The translations under genes and the position numbers were made by a program. DNA of 12,860 nt from a virus. The notes under the pieces are model-generated. The model was given only the letters and a program-made list of their open reading frames with translations, searched no databases and had not been told where the DNA came from. Shown in pieces: positions 12,754-12,860 of the stretch (the stretch's first letter is position 1; the number at the start of each line of letters is the position of its first letter). The DNA lies in the IMG/VR virus record IMGVR_UViG_3300023082_000067, positions 1-12,860 of that record; one strand, written 5' to 3'.

Positions 12754-12860
12754 ACTATTCTCTCCTTAGTTACAGGGTAACACCGTTAACCCGAGTCCAA
12801 TAACCAGTAGCACCGTTACCATGCCATACGAATATTTTACCGAAGTCAGGGGCTGCATAT
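12734..12860. repeat. terminal direct repeat, copy 2. 12770-12860 is a redundant partial copy of the fibre gene 3' end, not a second gene.
   Basis: Identical to 1-127. A length of 127 fits a de Bruijn k-mer overlap of a circular assembly, or a short physical DTR. Confidence 0.95.

Noticed and set aside
12770-12860. Apparent second, truncated fibre gene at the right edge
   Set aside because: It is the duplicated 3' end of the fibre gene within the 127-nt terminal overlap, not an independent or pseudogene copy.
1-12860. tRNA, rRNA, CRISPR array, integrase or att sites, transposase
   Set aside because: Scanning by eye found no T-loop-like GGTTCGA motifs, no regularly spaced identical repeats with unique spacers, and no ORF with recombinase or transposase signatures. 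The only regular repeats are the short regulatory ones described above.

Overview
The window is one complete, self-closing copy of a very small (12,733 bp) phage-like dsDNA genome. Bases 1-127 are identical to 12734-12860, and the junction keeps the genes intact. Nearly everything is coded on the minus strand. In transcription order: an RHH regulator (9513-9325), a 306-aa winged-helix protein that may be a replication initiator (9203-8283), and a short early/late boundary region. A tightly packed morphogenesis block follows: 170-aa and 83-aa unknowns, portal, a 128-aa possible adaptor, scaffold, a small decoration-like protein and a lambda-gpE-like major capsid protein. After the capsid gene come a strong terminator, the large terminase, a 169-aa unknown and a 519-aa tail fibre. 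Across the junction lies a 76-aa membrane/coiled-coil protein. An ~830-bp non-coding region full of dispersed direct repeats around an AT-rich core separates this block from a full Gram-negative lysis cassette (holin, signal-peptide SLT endolysin, overlapping i-/o-spanins). The only plus-strand unit is a two-gene operon (92 aa SH3-like, plus an unlisted 45-aa ORF). It diverges from the RHH gene across a 425-bp switch region and ends at a terminator facing the lysis cassette. I found no tRNA, rRNA, CRISPR array, integrase, DNA polymerase, small terminase or recognisable tail tube, nozzle or tape-measure gene. The most interesting point is the gene set itself: own head, packaging ATPase, one fibre and own lysis in 12.7 kb, with no obvious tail or replication enzymes. 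This suggests either an ultra-small podovirus-like lineage or a capsid-forming satellite-like element. All functional calls come from reading motifs by eye. No database search was run.
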